Source: Planctomycetota bacterium
GTDB lineage: Bacteria; Planctomycetota; Phycisphaerae; WQYP01
Direction: 5' to 3'
DNA length: 50,980 nucleotides
Assembly (NCBI GenBank): GCA_021804985.1
Contig: JAJZGD010000003.1
Span: 1-50,980 of the forward strand
The notes below the pieces were generated by a model. The model saw nothing but the letters and a program-made list of their open reading frames with translations, made no database searches and was not told the DNA's origin. A program made the position numbers and the translations under genes. Positions 1 through 8,559 of this stretch are shown here, in pieces (within the stretch, counting starts at the first letter, position 1; each line of letters opens with the position of its first letter).

Positions 1-451
1 CGGACGGATCGTAGCGGTAAATGCCGCTCCCTTCGGTGGCGAGCCACAGATTGCCCTGTTTATCGCGGCACATGGCCATGATGAAGTTGTAATCGGGATC
101 GACCCATTGCTTCGTCTTTTCCGGCCGATACGGCATATACAATGGCACCACATGGCAATTGGCCCATGGCAGCGTGGCCAACGGCACGAATTCCGGAACG
201 GGATGGCGGGAACTCCGCTTCCACGGCACCTGGGCAAGAACCACATTCAGAGGAAGTTTGGGCGGAAGTTTGGTGGCAGCCGCCACGGCGGTCGGATTGG
301 TTGGAAAAGCTGCGGCAGCCTGGGCGCTGGCGAATGGTAAATTCGCCATGGCAGTTAAAGCGGCAGATAACCCGAGCAGAAGCGCAGCAACGCCAACCCC
401 ACGCTGCGAAAATCTGGCGTACCTGAAATAATTTCGGGGCCGCTGGTCCAT
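1..451 (-). CDS. secreted beta-propeller-repeat protein, N-terminal part (gene runs off the left edge of the window)
   Basis: Absent from the supplied ORF track because it has no stop inside the window. A reverse-strand ATG at 451, preceded by an in-frame TGA, opens a frame that stays open to position 1. It begins MDQRPRNYFRYARFSQRGVGVAALLLGLSAALTAMANLPFASAQAAAA, which looks like a signal peptide. It ends ...RDKQGNLWLATEGSGIYRYDPS, which resembles a two-component-regulator-propeller blade. The listed ORF 60..476(-) is a different frame with no recognisable content. Confidence 0.5.
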   Translation of the reverse strand, partial: MDQRPRNYFRYARFSQRGVGVAALLLGLSAALTAMANLPFASAQAAAAFPTNPTAVAAATKLPPKLPLNVVLAQVPWKRSSRHPVPEFVPLATLPWANCHVVPLYMPYRPEKTKQWVDPDYNFIMAMCRDKQGNLWLATEGSGIYRYDPS

Positions 452-790
452 GACCACTCCGACAATGCGCCCTCATAGCGCAGCAAATTGTGAACGACAG
501 GACGGATCATAACACGACGCGGATAGGCGTGTAAACCATTATTGGCGCAGAAAGTTTTCTTATTGGCGCAAAGTATTTTTGGCAGATCGAAGCGTGTAAA
601 CCCCTGGCGCACAGCAAGATGTGCGGCGCGAACGCCTGCAAACGCTAAAATCGCAGAGATGCGGATGCGCGCCTTTAAAGACGTTTTTACACCAGCGACC
701 CACGGCGGCCGCGGTTTTCCGCCGGGGCCGCCGGGTAGATGGCGCGAATGCGCGGGGTGGCGCTCACACGCCCGTATAATCCCCGGCGTC

Positions 791-872
791 GTTCTCTGCG
801 TCTTCCCTGCTCTGCGTCTCCCCTGCTCTGCGTGAGATATTAATTAATTACATCATGCGGGAGCATGATTCC
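791..872. repeat. interspersed repeat family A, copy 1 (one arm plus internal hairpin)
   Basis: CTCTGCGTCT(T/C)CCCTG repeated about 3 times, then GTGAGATATTAATTAATTACATCATGC-ggga-GCATGATTCC. Nearly identical strings occur at 8103-8167 and, inverted, at 50221-50283. Confidence 0.7.
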
Positions 873-896
873 TGCGAAATATTTTCTGCATTCATT

Positions 897-917
897 CCGA
901 GCGGATAAACCGCTCGG
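897..917. repeat. conserved hairpin CCGAGCGG-ATAAA-CCGCTCGG, copy 1
   Basis: Perfect 8-bp stem with a 5-nt loop. An identical 21-mer recurs at 8440-8460. Both lie just downstream of family A repeat copies. Confidence 0.7.
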
Positions 918-965
918 CTCGTGGCATGCAGGGCTGCCGTTGCTGCCGGCGGCTCGGAGGTTCAT

Positions 966-2978
966 TCAGGAACGAACCACTGGCGTCCAGTTTAGTTCAT
1001 CGGAAAGGGTATCACCCGATTGGTGAGATTGTTGGGTGAACATCGCATGGTACATACCATTTTGCGCCAGCAGCGTCCGATGATTGCCATATTCAACGAT
1101 GCGGCCGTCAACCAAAACGGCGATGGCGTCGGCCCCGACGACGGTGCTGAGTCGATGGGCGATGACGACGGTGGTGCGATGCTTCATGAGTTGATCGAGC
1201 GCGCTTTGAATGGCTCGTTCACTGGCCGAATCCAGGGAACTTGTGGCCTCGTCCATGATCAGGATGGGGGGATCGGCGAGAATGGCGCGGGCAATCGAAA
1301 TGCGCTGCTTTTGGCCGCCGGAAAGCTTATTTCCGCGCTCGCCAATCTGCGATTCATAGCCAGCATCCATGGCGAGGATAAATTCCTCGGCATTGGCAAG
1401 CCTGGCGGCTTGAACGATTTGATCATGGGTGGCGCCGCGGCGTCCAAAGGCGATATTTTCGCCGATGGTGCCGTCGAATAGAAATACATCCTGCATAACC
1501 ATGGCGAAGGCCTTGCGAAACTCAGCGAGGCGTATGTCGCGAATATCGCGCCCATCAAGCAAAATGGCGCCAGCGCGAACGTCATAAAAGCGGGCGATAA
1601 GATTAACCAGCGTGGTTTTACCGCTTCCGGACGGGCCAACAATTGCCAGGGTACTGCCTGCCGGAATTTCAAGATTCAGATCGTCAAGAACTTTTTGATC
1701 GTCGCGATAGCCGAAGGTGACATGCGAAAGATCGAAGCGGCCGCGAACCGTCGCCACGCCGACGGCGCCGGGTTTGTCGGGCATGTCGGGCGGCTGACTG
1801 AGCACATCGCATACGCGATCGAGGGAGCCAAGGTTCTGCTGCATGGCCTGCATGGAGTCAATCATTTGCGTGATGGGCCCAAGCAACATGATGCTGTAGG
1901 TTTCAAACATGACCAGATCGCCAACTTTCAATTGATGGCTGAGAACGAGCAGTCCGCCGTACCACAGGATCACAATGCCGATAGCCGGAACAAAAACGGC
2001 CCAGCCTGTGGCCAGCAGTCTTCCCAGGATGGAGGTGTAATATTGCTTGCGGACCATGGTGTGCTGGCGGGCGCCAAATTCCGCCAATTCGGTGGCGGAG
2101 CGTCGAAAGCTGCGCACCACGCGGATGCCGGCGTACATGTCGCTGACGCGCGATGAAAGCATGCTTCGATCATCCTGAATGTTACGCCACAGGGGGCGCA
2201 GGCGCCGGAATATTAAAAGATGCACCAGAATCAGCGGAGGGATAAGAACTGCGGCGACCGCAAAAAGCTTCCAGTTGGTGCTGATTAAAATGATCAGTAT
2301 CAGAACCATTCGCACCACGGCACCCGCGGGCGTAACAATGGAATTCTGAATACCGCCGATGATCTGATCGGTATCGGACATAATCCGGCTGATGATGCCA
2401 CCGGTGCGGTAATCGGCAAGTTGGGCCAACGAGAGCTTTGAAAGATGGGCGTGAAGGCGTTGTCGCAGATTGGCGGCGAGTTTGTAATTGAGCTTCTGCA
2501 CCGCCAGAACCCGAAGCCACGAAAGGGCAACACCCATTATTTCTGCAGCGACCAGAATCAGCACGAGGGCGAGCAGGCCATGTTTGGGCGATGCGACAAT
2601 CCAGCTTTGCAGGCTGCCGACGGGCAACAGGCGCGCCAGGGAAAGGGGTTTGCCGACGAATATGTCGTCAATACAGACTTTGAGAATAAACGGTGGCAGC
2701 AGCGTGATCAGCGAACTGCCCAATACTACCAGAAGTAAAATACCGACGGCCCAGTAATAGCCGTGAAGCAGCAGGGCATATTCGTTAAAGAGGTATTTGC
2801 GCGAATATTTGAATTCATGGGGCGGACCGGAAGCGCCGCGGCCGTGTCGTGGGCCACCGGCAAAGGGGCGTTGAAATTCGCGCTGCACGGCATCGGGGTC
2901 CACCAGCCGATCTCCCCGGAGATGGCCCTGGCGAACGCGGGCGAGAAATTCTTTAAATCGCAATCGGCTCGGTTTCAT
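966..2978 (-). CDS. ABC transporter, fused permease/ATP-binding protein (MsbA-like exporter family)
   Basis: 670-aa ORF with an N-terminal six-TM-type region. Motifs present are Walker A GPSGSGKTT, ABC signature LSGGQKQRISIARA and Walker B ILIMDEATSSLD. Confidence 0.9.
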   Translation of the reverse strand: MKPSRLRFKEFLARVRQGHLRGDRLVDPDAVQREFQRPFAGGPRHGRGASGPPHEFKYSRKYLFNEYALLLHGYYWAVGILLLVVLGSSLITLLPPFILKVCIDDIFVGKPLSLARLLPVGSLQSWIVASPKHGLLALVLILVAAEIMGVALSWLRVLAVQKLNYKLAANLRQRLHAHLSKLSLAQLADYRTGGIISRIMSDTDQIIGGIQNSIVTPAGAVVRMVLILIILISTNWKLFAVAAVLIPPLILVHLLIFRRLRPLWRNIQDDRSMLSSRVSDMYAGIRVVRSFRRSATELAEFGARQHTMVRKQYYTSILGRLLATGWAVFVPAIGIVILWYGGLLVLSHQLKVGDLVMFETYSIMLLGPITQMIDSMQAMQQNLGSLDRVCDVLSQPPDMPDKPGAVGVATVRGRFDLSHVTFGYRDDQKVLDDLNLEIPAGSTLAIVGPSGSGKTTLVNLIARFYDVRAGAILLDGRDIRDIRLAEFRKAFAMVMQDVFLFDGTIGENIAFGRRGATHDQIVQAARLANAEEFILAMDAGYESQIGERGNKLSGGQKQRISIARAILADPPILIMDEATSSLDSASERAIQSALDQLMKHRTTVVIAHRLSTVVGADAIAVLVDGRIVEYGNHRTLLAQNGMYHAMFTQQSHQSGDTLSDELNWTPVVRS

Positions 2979-3288
2979 CGGCTAATCACCATTGGGGTTT
3001 GGGAAACATAGATACTCCGATCGTCTCTCAATGGGACAAACCGGCGTTCGAACCCGTGGTACCGCAGGCATCTTGCCTGCATCGGAAAGATGATGAGGGG
3101 AGGCGAGACGCCTGCGTTACATTTAATGTTTCCGTCCTGGCAACCGGGCATCATCAATGGCCGAGCGGGGTATGGCACGGGGCGGATGAAACGCACTGCT
3201 GCGTTAAGAAGCGGCGCGGCGGGTGGCCGACCATTCATCGGGGGAGGGCAATTCGTGGGCCATAGGCATATCAGGGGCCACGGGCACA

Positions 3289-3792
3289 TCAATAGTTGCT
3301 CCCATCATGCCGAATATGCACCACGGGCTGGCTATGGGGCGTATCGTTTAGGCCGCCATCCTCCGCCACGCCCAGAAATAAATCGTGATCGGCGCCGAAA
3401 TCCACCCGCTGGCGAAAGCGGCAGGTGATCCAGGCGCAGGCGTCGAGAAGAATATATAAGCCGTTGTCGAGCCGGCGAACCTGAATGTCGTCGGTGGCGG
3501 CGGGGCCGCACAGTGCGTGTCGAGCGTATTTTTTAAGCAGGGCTTTGTCGCCGGCTCCCACAATATTGATGACGTAATGCCCGCTGCGTTCAATGGCCTG
3601 GGCCATGGGGCGCTCACGGTGAATGGCGGTTGCGATCATCAGCGGATCGCGGGCAACCTGCTGCACGAAAGAGACCAGCATGGCGGAGAGGTCGGCCCCG
3701 TTTCCAGCGGTAAGCACAAAAAGCCCGCTGGGAATTTTTCCAATAGCGCGGAACATGGGTAATACGGGGTCGACGGTGCTGTCGATGATCAT
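3289..3792 (-). CDS. flavin reductase-like (FMN-binding split-barrel) domain protein
   Basis: The segment IPSGLFVLTAGNG...MLVSFVQQVARDPLMIATAI...HYVINIV is typical of the flavin reductase-like domain. I place the start at the ATG at 3792 (MIIDSTV) because it forms an ATGA overlap with the stop of the upstream queD-like gene. The ORF itself extends to 3837. Confidence 0.65.
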   Translation of the reverse strand: MIIDSTVDPVLPMFRAIGKIPSGLFVLTAGNGADLSAMLVSFVQQVARDPLMIATAIHRERPMAQAIERSGHYVINIVGAGDKALLKKYARHALCGPAATDDIQVRRLDNGLYILLDACAWITCRFRQRVDFGADHDLFLGVAEDGGLNDTPHSQPVVHIRHDGSNY

Positions 3793-4601
3793 TGGTTTTC
3801 TCCATTTGAGCCGGCAGCGGCGGCTTCGATCTGGCAACTGGTTTTGGGCGTTTCCCAGAGGCGCACGCGTTTGAGCCGTACCGGCGGTGCAAAGGCGCTG
3901 GACAGGGTTTGAAAAATATTGGCTGCGATATTTTCGACCGTCGGATTAAGCGCACGGAATTCTGCCAGTTGAACGTTCAAATTTTTATGATCCATGCGGT
4001 TGATCACCAACCGATTAATAATCTCATGGAAAGTAGCGGGAGGAATAATCGTGCCATCGGCGCCGATCGGGCCGCACACGGTTACCTCCAGTTCATAATT
4101 ATGGCCGTGGCCATGGGGATTGTTGCATTTTCCAAAGAGATCGGCATTTTCCTGATCAGTCAGCTGCGGACTATGCAGGCGATGCGCCGCTGAAAATTCA
4201 AACCGCTCCGTCAATTCAATCATGGCACGGTCTCCATAAACAATCCGGTGTTGCAGCCAGGGGCTTGCGGCAATTTCCAAACTTTGGAGTTTGGCTGGCA
4301 TAAATCCGGGCGCGGCAATCGGCCAGAGATGTTGAAGTATGGCAGCGGCGGTCAGGTCGCCGGCGTACTGGCGAATAGCCGGCAGCAGATTGCCGCGGAC
4401 GTTTTGGTCCACTTGCCGGATGTTCATGAGCATCCCGGTGCCGGCATCCATACGACCCAAAAGGCCCACGCGCAGGATTAAAACGGGCGAAAAGTGGTGC
4501 GAGATGGGGTTGCCCGCAAATGAATTGCCGCTCGCGCCTGCGGACGCGCCGCCTTCGGTGGTAAATCTAATCTCACGACACAGGGTAATCTCTTGAGCCA
4601 T
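3789..4601 (-). CDS. queD: 6-carboxytetrahydropterin synthase / 6-pyruvoyl-tetrahydropterin synthase family, tandem-domain form
   Basis: The C-terminal half reads ERFEFSAAHRLH...CNNPHGHGHNYELEV...MDHKNLN, the PTPS/QueD zinc and catalytic motifs. The N-terminal ~130 aa look like a degenerate second PTPS half. Confidence 0.8.
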   Translation of the reverse strand: MAQEITLCREIRFTTEGGASAGASGNSFAGNPISHHFSPVLILRVGLLGRMDAGTGMLMNIRQVDQNVRGNLLPAIRQYAGDLTAAAILQHLWPIAAPGFMPAKLQSLEIAASPWLQHRIVYGDRAMIELTERFEFSAAHRLHSPQLTDQENADLFGKCNNPHGHGHNYELEVTVCGPIGADGTIIPPATFHEIINRLVINRMDHKNLNVQLAEFRALNPTVENIAANIFQTLSSAFAPPVRLKRVRLWETPKTSCQIEAAAAGSNGENQ

Positions 4602-4835
4602 TGAGGAATTGTATCCCAGAAAACCGGCTGGGTTTACCCGTGTCGGCGGGATTTGCCTGAAGGGGGCTTTCCAGGCAATCGCCGTCGCAACGCGGCCATG
4701 ACTCGGACAGGATATAGGCTCCGCTGCATTCGCTGGCCGATTTGGGCTAAACTAATGCGGGTAATGCCGAAGCTGCGATGGGGCGAACTGTTCCGCATGG
4801 CTGAGGTGTTGAGGCTATTTGGATAACAGGAAAAA

Positions 4836-6824
4836 ATGGCAGTTGGATTGGAGCCATCTCTGGGCCGGCGCGATTTTGATCTGGTGATTGTGGGGGGCGG
4901 CCACGCGGGGGCCGAGGCGGCATGGGCGGCATCCACCATGCTCGCCGGCGCTGGGCGCGTGGCACTGATCACGATGGATCCGCAGGCGATCGGCCGCATG
5001 AGTTGCAATCCGGCCATCGGCGGATTGGCCAAAGGGCAAATGGTGCGCGAGATTGATGCGCTGGGCGGCCTGATGGCGCATGCCATCGACGCCACCGGCA
5101 TTCAGTTCCGCATGCTTAATGAATCCAAGGGGCCGGCGGTTCGCAGTCCTCGTGCTCAAGCCGATAAATATCGTTACGCGCGGGCCGTTCAGGCATTGCT
5201 CGCGATGGGCTGCCCGAACCTGACAATCATAACCGGCAGCGTTGAGTGGATCGGCACCGAAAAAGCGGCCGCCGGCGACGTGCGCCCCGCGACCGTCCGA
5301 TATGTGCGGCTGGCCGATGGTATGGAAATAGAATGCGGAACGCTGATTTTGACCACCGGTACCTTCCTGCGCGGGCTGATGCACACCGGTGAAACACAAA
5401 CAGTGGGTGGCCGCGTCGGCGAGCAGGCGGCGGTCGGGCTTTCAGCATCCCTGCGTGATCTCGGCTTTGAGCTTGGACGGTTGAAAACGGGCACGCCTCC
5501 GCGGCTCGCGCGGGAAAGCATCGATTTTGGCAAGGTTTCACCGCAGCCTGGCGATACGGTTCCGCAGCCGTTTAGTTACCTCAGCGGCACGCCGGATTCG
5601 CCGCTGGCCAGCCGTTTTCCGGTTTTGCCGCAGGTTCCCTGTTACATCACTTACACCAATGCCGCCGTCCATGATCTGATTCGCAGCAATCTGCATCGCG
5701 CGCCGATGTACAGCGGGCAGATTGCCGGTCGCGGCCCCCGTTATTGCCCCAGCATCGAAGACAAAGTGGTGCGCTTTGCGGACAAAAGCCAGCACCAGAT
5801 ATTTCTCGAGCCGGAAAGCCTCGACACCAACGAAATATACTGCAATGGCATTTCAACCTCGCTGCCGGCAGACGTGCAAGAGCAGATCGTGCATCAGATA
5901 GTGGGGCTGGAAAAGGCTGCGATCCTGCGGTTCGGTTACGCGGTTGAATATGATTTTTCGCCCACGCACCAAATCGACGCATCGTTGGAGACGCGTTTGG
6001 TCGGCGGCCTGTTTTTTGCCGGGCAAATTAATGGAACCAGCGGTTATGAAGAGGCGGCGGGCCAAGGCCTTATGGCCGGCATCAATGCGGCGCAAAAAAC
6101 CCGCGGGCAATCACCATTGATACTTCGGCGTGATCAGGCGTATATCGGCGTGATGATCGATGATCTGGTAACCAAAACTCCCACCGAGCCTTATCGTATG
6201 TTTACCAGTCGTGCCGAATATCGTCTGCAGCTGCGTGCGGACAACGCGGATCAGCGGCTTACGCCGATTGCCGAACCGCTGGGTTTGATTTCCGGAGCGC
6301 GGGCTGCGGCGCTCGCGGCTTTTCAGCGGGATGTCGCACATTTACGCGGCATTGTGGAAAAATCACACCTCAATAACGGCCAGCGGGCTCAGGATTATTT
6401 GCGGCGGCCTGATTTTGCCTGGCGAGACCTGCCGACGATGGCGTGGAACAATCCGCAGTTGGACGCAGCGGTGGCCAAGGCTGAGTTAGCCCCTGCATGG
6501 GAGCAGCTCCAGACGCAGCTGCGGTATCACGGCTATATTCAGCGCGATCAGCAGACGGCCGCGCGCATGCATGAGCTTGAGGATCGCGTGATTGATCCCC
6601 AGTTGGATTTTTCGCATGTATCTGACCTGCGCAAAGAAGCGCGCGAAGCGCTTGGCAAATTTCGTCCGCTGACATTGGGGCAGGCCTCGCGCTTGGAAGG
6701 GGTAACGCCGGCCGATTTGTTAACCCTCAGCCTGGTGCTTACCGGGAAAACGCGCCGCGTCGCAGCCCAATCGCACGATTCCGGTGTTCCCGCTGCGATG
6801 GAAAAATCGGCCGAGCCGCTTTGA
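4836..6824 (+). CDS. mnmG: tRNA uridine 5-carboxymethylaminomethyl modification enzyme MnmG (GidA)
   Basis: FDLVIVGGGHAGAEAA FAD-binding fold, plus the SCNPAIGGLAKG, GPRYCPSIEDK and FFAGQINGTSGYEEAAGQG hallmark blocks. Confidence 0.95.
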   Translation: MAVGLEPSLGRRDFDLVIVGGGHAGAEAAWAASTMLAGAGRVALITMDPQAIGRMSCNPAIGGLAKGQMVREIDALGGLMAHAIDATGIQFRMLNESKGPAVRSPRAQADKYRYARAVQALLAMGCPNLTIITGSVEWIGTEKAAAGDVRPATVRYVRLADGMEIECGTLILTTGTFLRGLMHTGETQTVGGRVGEQAAVGLSASLRDLGFELGRLKTGTPPRLARESIDFGKVSPQPGDTVPQPFSYLSGTPDSPLASRFPVLPQVPCYITYTNAAVHDLIRSNLHRAPMYSGQIAGRGPRYCPSIEDKVVRFADKSQHQIFLEPESLDTNEIYCNGISTSLPADVQEQIVHQIVGLEKAAILRFGYAVEYDFSPTHQIDASLETRLVGGLFFAGQINGTSGYEEAAGQGLMAGINAAQKTRGQSPLILRRDQAYIGVMIDDLVTKTPTEPYRMFTSRAEYRLQLRADNADQRLTPIAEPLGLISGARAAALAAFQRDVAHLRGIVEKSHLNNGQRAQDYLRRPDFAWRDLPTMAWNNPQLDAAVAKAELAPAWEQLQTQLRYHGYIQRDQQTAARMHELEDRVIDPQLDFSHVSDLRKEAREALGKFRPLTLGQASRLEGVTPADLLTLSLVLTGKTRRVAAQSHDSGVPAAMEKSAEPL

Positions 6825-6907
6825 CGCATCCAAAAGGTGGCATCAAACGTAAAATTGGCTGTCGGCGGCTGCTGCCCAACCTATAATGACAGCGTGAGCA
6901 GCCGCTG

Positions 6908-7531
6908 GTGCTTCTCAAAGGTTGGGCCTCAGGAGGGCGAACCGTGCCGGAAAAAGAAACATTCCCTGATCCGCTGGAAGATTTGCCGCCGAAAGCGGGC
7001 ACGCAAAGCATTGTGCTCGCCGGTGGCTGCTTCTGGTGTGTTGAGGCCGTCTACCAGCCGCTCGGGGGGGTGCTCTCCGTGATGCCGGGTTATGCCGGTG
7101 GCACCGCAGCAACGGCGAATTATAAGGCCGTTTGCACGGGCCGCACCGGCCATGCCGAAGCGGTGAAGATCGATTACGACGCGAGCCGAATATCCCTCGG
7201 CCAGCTTTTGAAAATTTTCTTTTCAGTCGCCCACGACCCGACACAACCCGACGGGCAGGGAAATGACATCGGCCCGCAATACCGCTCCGCCATTTTTTAT
7301 TCTGGCGACGAACAAAAGCGTATTGCCGCGGCGTACATCGCCCTGCTGAATCAAGCGGGCGTTCTGGATGGCTCGATCGCCACCACGCTTGAACCGCTGG
7401 CGGAATTTTTCCCCGCCGAAACTTACCATCACAATTACGCCAGCGACAATCCGGATCAACCGTATATCGCCTGCGTGGCGCAACCCAAGGTTGATAAGTT
7501 GCGGCGGCTTTATCCGGCCATGCTTAAATAA
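6908..7531 (+). CDS. msrA: peptide-methionine (S)-S-oxide reductase MsrA
   Basis: GGCFWCVEAVY catalytic motif, plus GHAEAVKIDYD and YHHNY blocks. The track start at 6908 is GTG, so the exact start is uncertain. Confidence 0.9.
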   Translation: MLLKGWASGGRTVPEKETFPDPLEDLPPKAGTQSIVLAGGCFWCVEAVYQPLGGVLSVMPGYAGGTAATANYKAVCTGRTGHAEAVKIDYDASRISLGQLLKIFFSVAHDPTQPDGQGNDIGPQYRSAIFYSGDEQKRIAAAYIALLNQAGVLDGSIATTLEPLAEFFPAETYHHNYASDNPDQPYIACVAQPKVDKLRRLYPAMLK

Positions 7532-7574
7532 ATCGCGGCGATCGGGGCGGGCAAAACTTTATGGAGAAATATCT

Positions 7575-8036
7575 ATGTCTAATAGTAAAAAGGGCGGCCC
7601 GTGGGATATTACGCCGCTGACGGCGGCGCAAAAGCAAAAATTGGCCGAGAAACTTTCTCCTGCCGAACGCGAGGTGATTCTTTTTCAAGGCACGGAGAGG
7701 CCGTTTTGTGGTGGCCTGCTTGAGCACAAGGCGGCGGGCGTTTACGTCTGCCGGTTATGCGGTCTGCCGCTGTTTTTGTCCGAGGCAAAATTTGAGTCGG
7801 GCACCGGCTGGCCGAGTTTTTATGCGCCCTTTAATGCCACCCATATGCGTGAAATCATCGACGACAGCCACGGCATGACCCGCACGGAGATCCGATGCGT
7901 GCGCTGCGACGGCCACCTTGGCCATGTGTTTGCCGACGGGCCCGCCCCCACCGGGAAGCGCTATTGTCTGAACTCGGCGGCATTGGAATTCCAAACGGAT
8001 GACCAGCTTGCCAAGCGCGGCGCGGGCGCCGCGTAA
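7575..8036 (+). CDS. msrB: peptide-methionine (R)-S-oxide reductase MsrB
   Basis: Motifs GTERPF, YVCRLCGLPLF, GWPSF, and CVRCDGHLGHVF...RYCLNS (SelR zinc and catalytic Cys). The true start is taken as the ATG at 7575 (MSNSKKG). The track ORF from 7368 overlaps the msrA 3' end in another frame. Confidence 0.9.
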   Translation: MSNSKKGGPWDITPLTAAQKQKLAEKLSPAEREVILFQGTERPFCGGLLEHKAAGVYVCRLCGLPLFLSEAKFESGTGWPSFYAPFNATHMREIIDDSHGMTRTEIRCVRCDGHLGHVFADGPAPTGKRYCLNSAALEFQTDDQLAKRGAGAA

Positions 8037-8070
8037 CCACCGATCTGCCAACGCGGCGACTGCGTCATTT

Positions 8071-8293
8071 AGCCGGCCACCCTGGTGGCCGCGCCGCAGC
8101 GTCGTCTCTGCGTCTCCCCTTCTCTGCGTGAGATATTAAATAATTGCATCATGCCGCAGCATGATTCCATATTTTTGCCTTTGGCAAAAATCGCTCTCCC
8201 GCTCACCCGAAACGACCGATGTCTCACACGGAGGCGCAGAGGCACAGAGGCTGGCCGGCGTAACACGCGGCGACACCACGACGCGGGCTAAGC
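8071..8293. repeat. interspersed repeat family A, copy 2 (complete imperfect palindrome)
   Basis: The left arm CTCTGCGTCTCCCCTTCTCTGCGTGAGA (8105-8132) is mirrored by the right arm TCTCACACGGAGGCGCAGAGGCACAGAG (8222-8249). There is an internal hairpin ATCATGC-cgca-GCATGAT. The outer modules are AGCCGGCCACCCTGGTGGCC and GGCGTAACACGCGGCGAC. Confidence 0.75.
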
Positions 8294-8439
8294 AGCGTGA
8301 GGGGGCATCGCGGGCGATGTTCCACAAGTTGGCGCGCTTTATTCATCGAAAATCATTCCTTGAACAAATAATTACGAGCCGCCGCCGGCCGGCAAAAGCC
8401 CACCGCTTTATTCCAGCGGACGGTTTTTCTGCAAACATG

Positions 8440-8460
8440 CCGAGCGGATAAACCGCTCGG
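8440..8460. repeat. conserved hairpin CCGAGCGG-ATAAA-CCGCTCGG, copy 2
   Basis: Identical 21-mer to 897-917. Confidence 0.7.
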
Positions 8461-8496
8461 GCCATATGTGCGCATGACGCCGCGCGGGTGGTGACG

Positions 8497-8553
<57 letters not shown>

Positions 8554-8559
8554 TTAGCG

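Noticed and set aside
60-476. 138-aa ORF from the track at the left edge.
   Set aside because: A different reverse frame, open to the window edge, gives a clean signal peptide and a propeller-like blade. The listed frame has no recognisable features.
3024-3090. tRNA-like impression: a GTTCGAA string and a 7-bp hairpin GCAGGCA-tct-TGCCTGC, with complementary CCGAT/ATCGG ends about 68 nt apart.
   Set aside because: The TTCGAA sits mid-molecule with no T-arm pairing. The hairpin loop lacks U33 and a 7-nt anticodon loop, and the acceptor pairing is only 5 bp. No cloverleaf can be drawn on either strand.
8161-8451. 96-aa ORF and neighbours (8069-8327) between msrB and pyrD.
   Set aside because: They lie entirely within family A repeat sequence and have an Arg-rich, motif-free translation.
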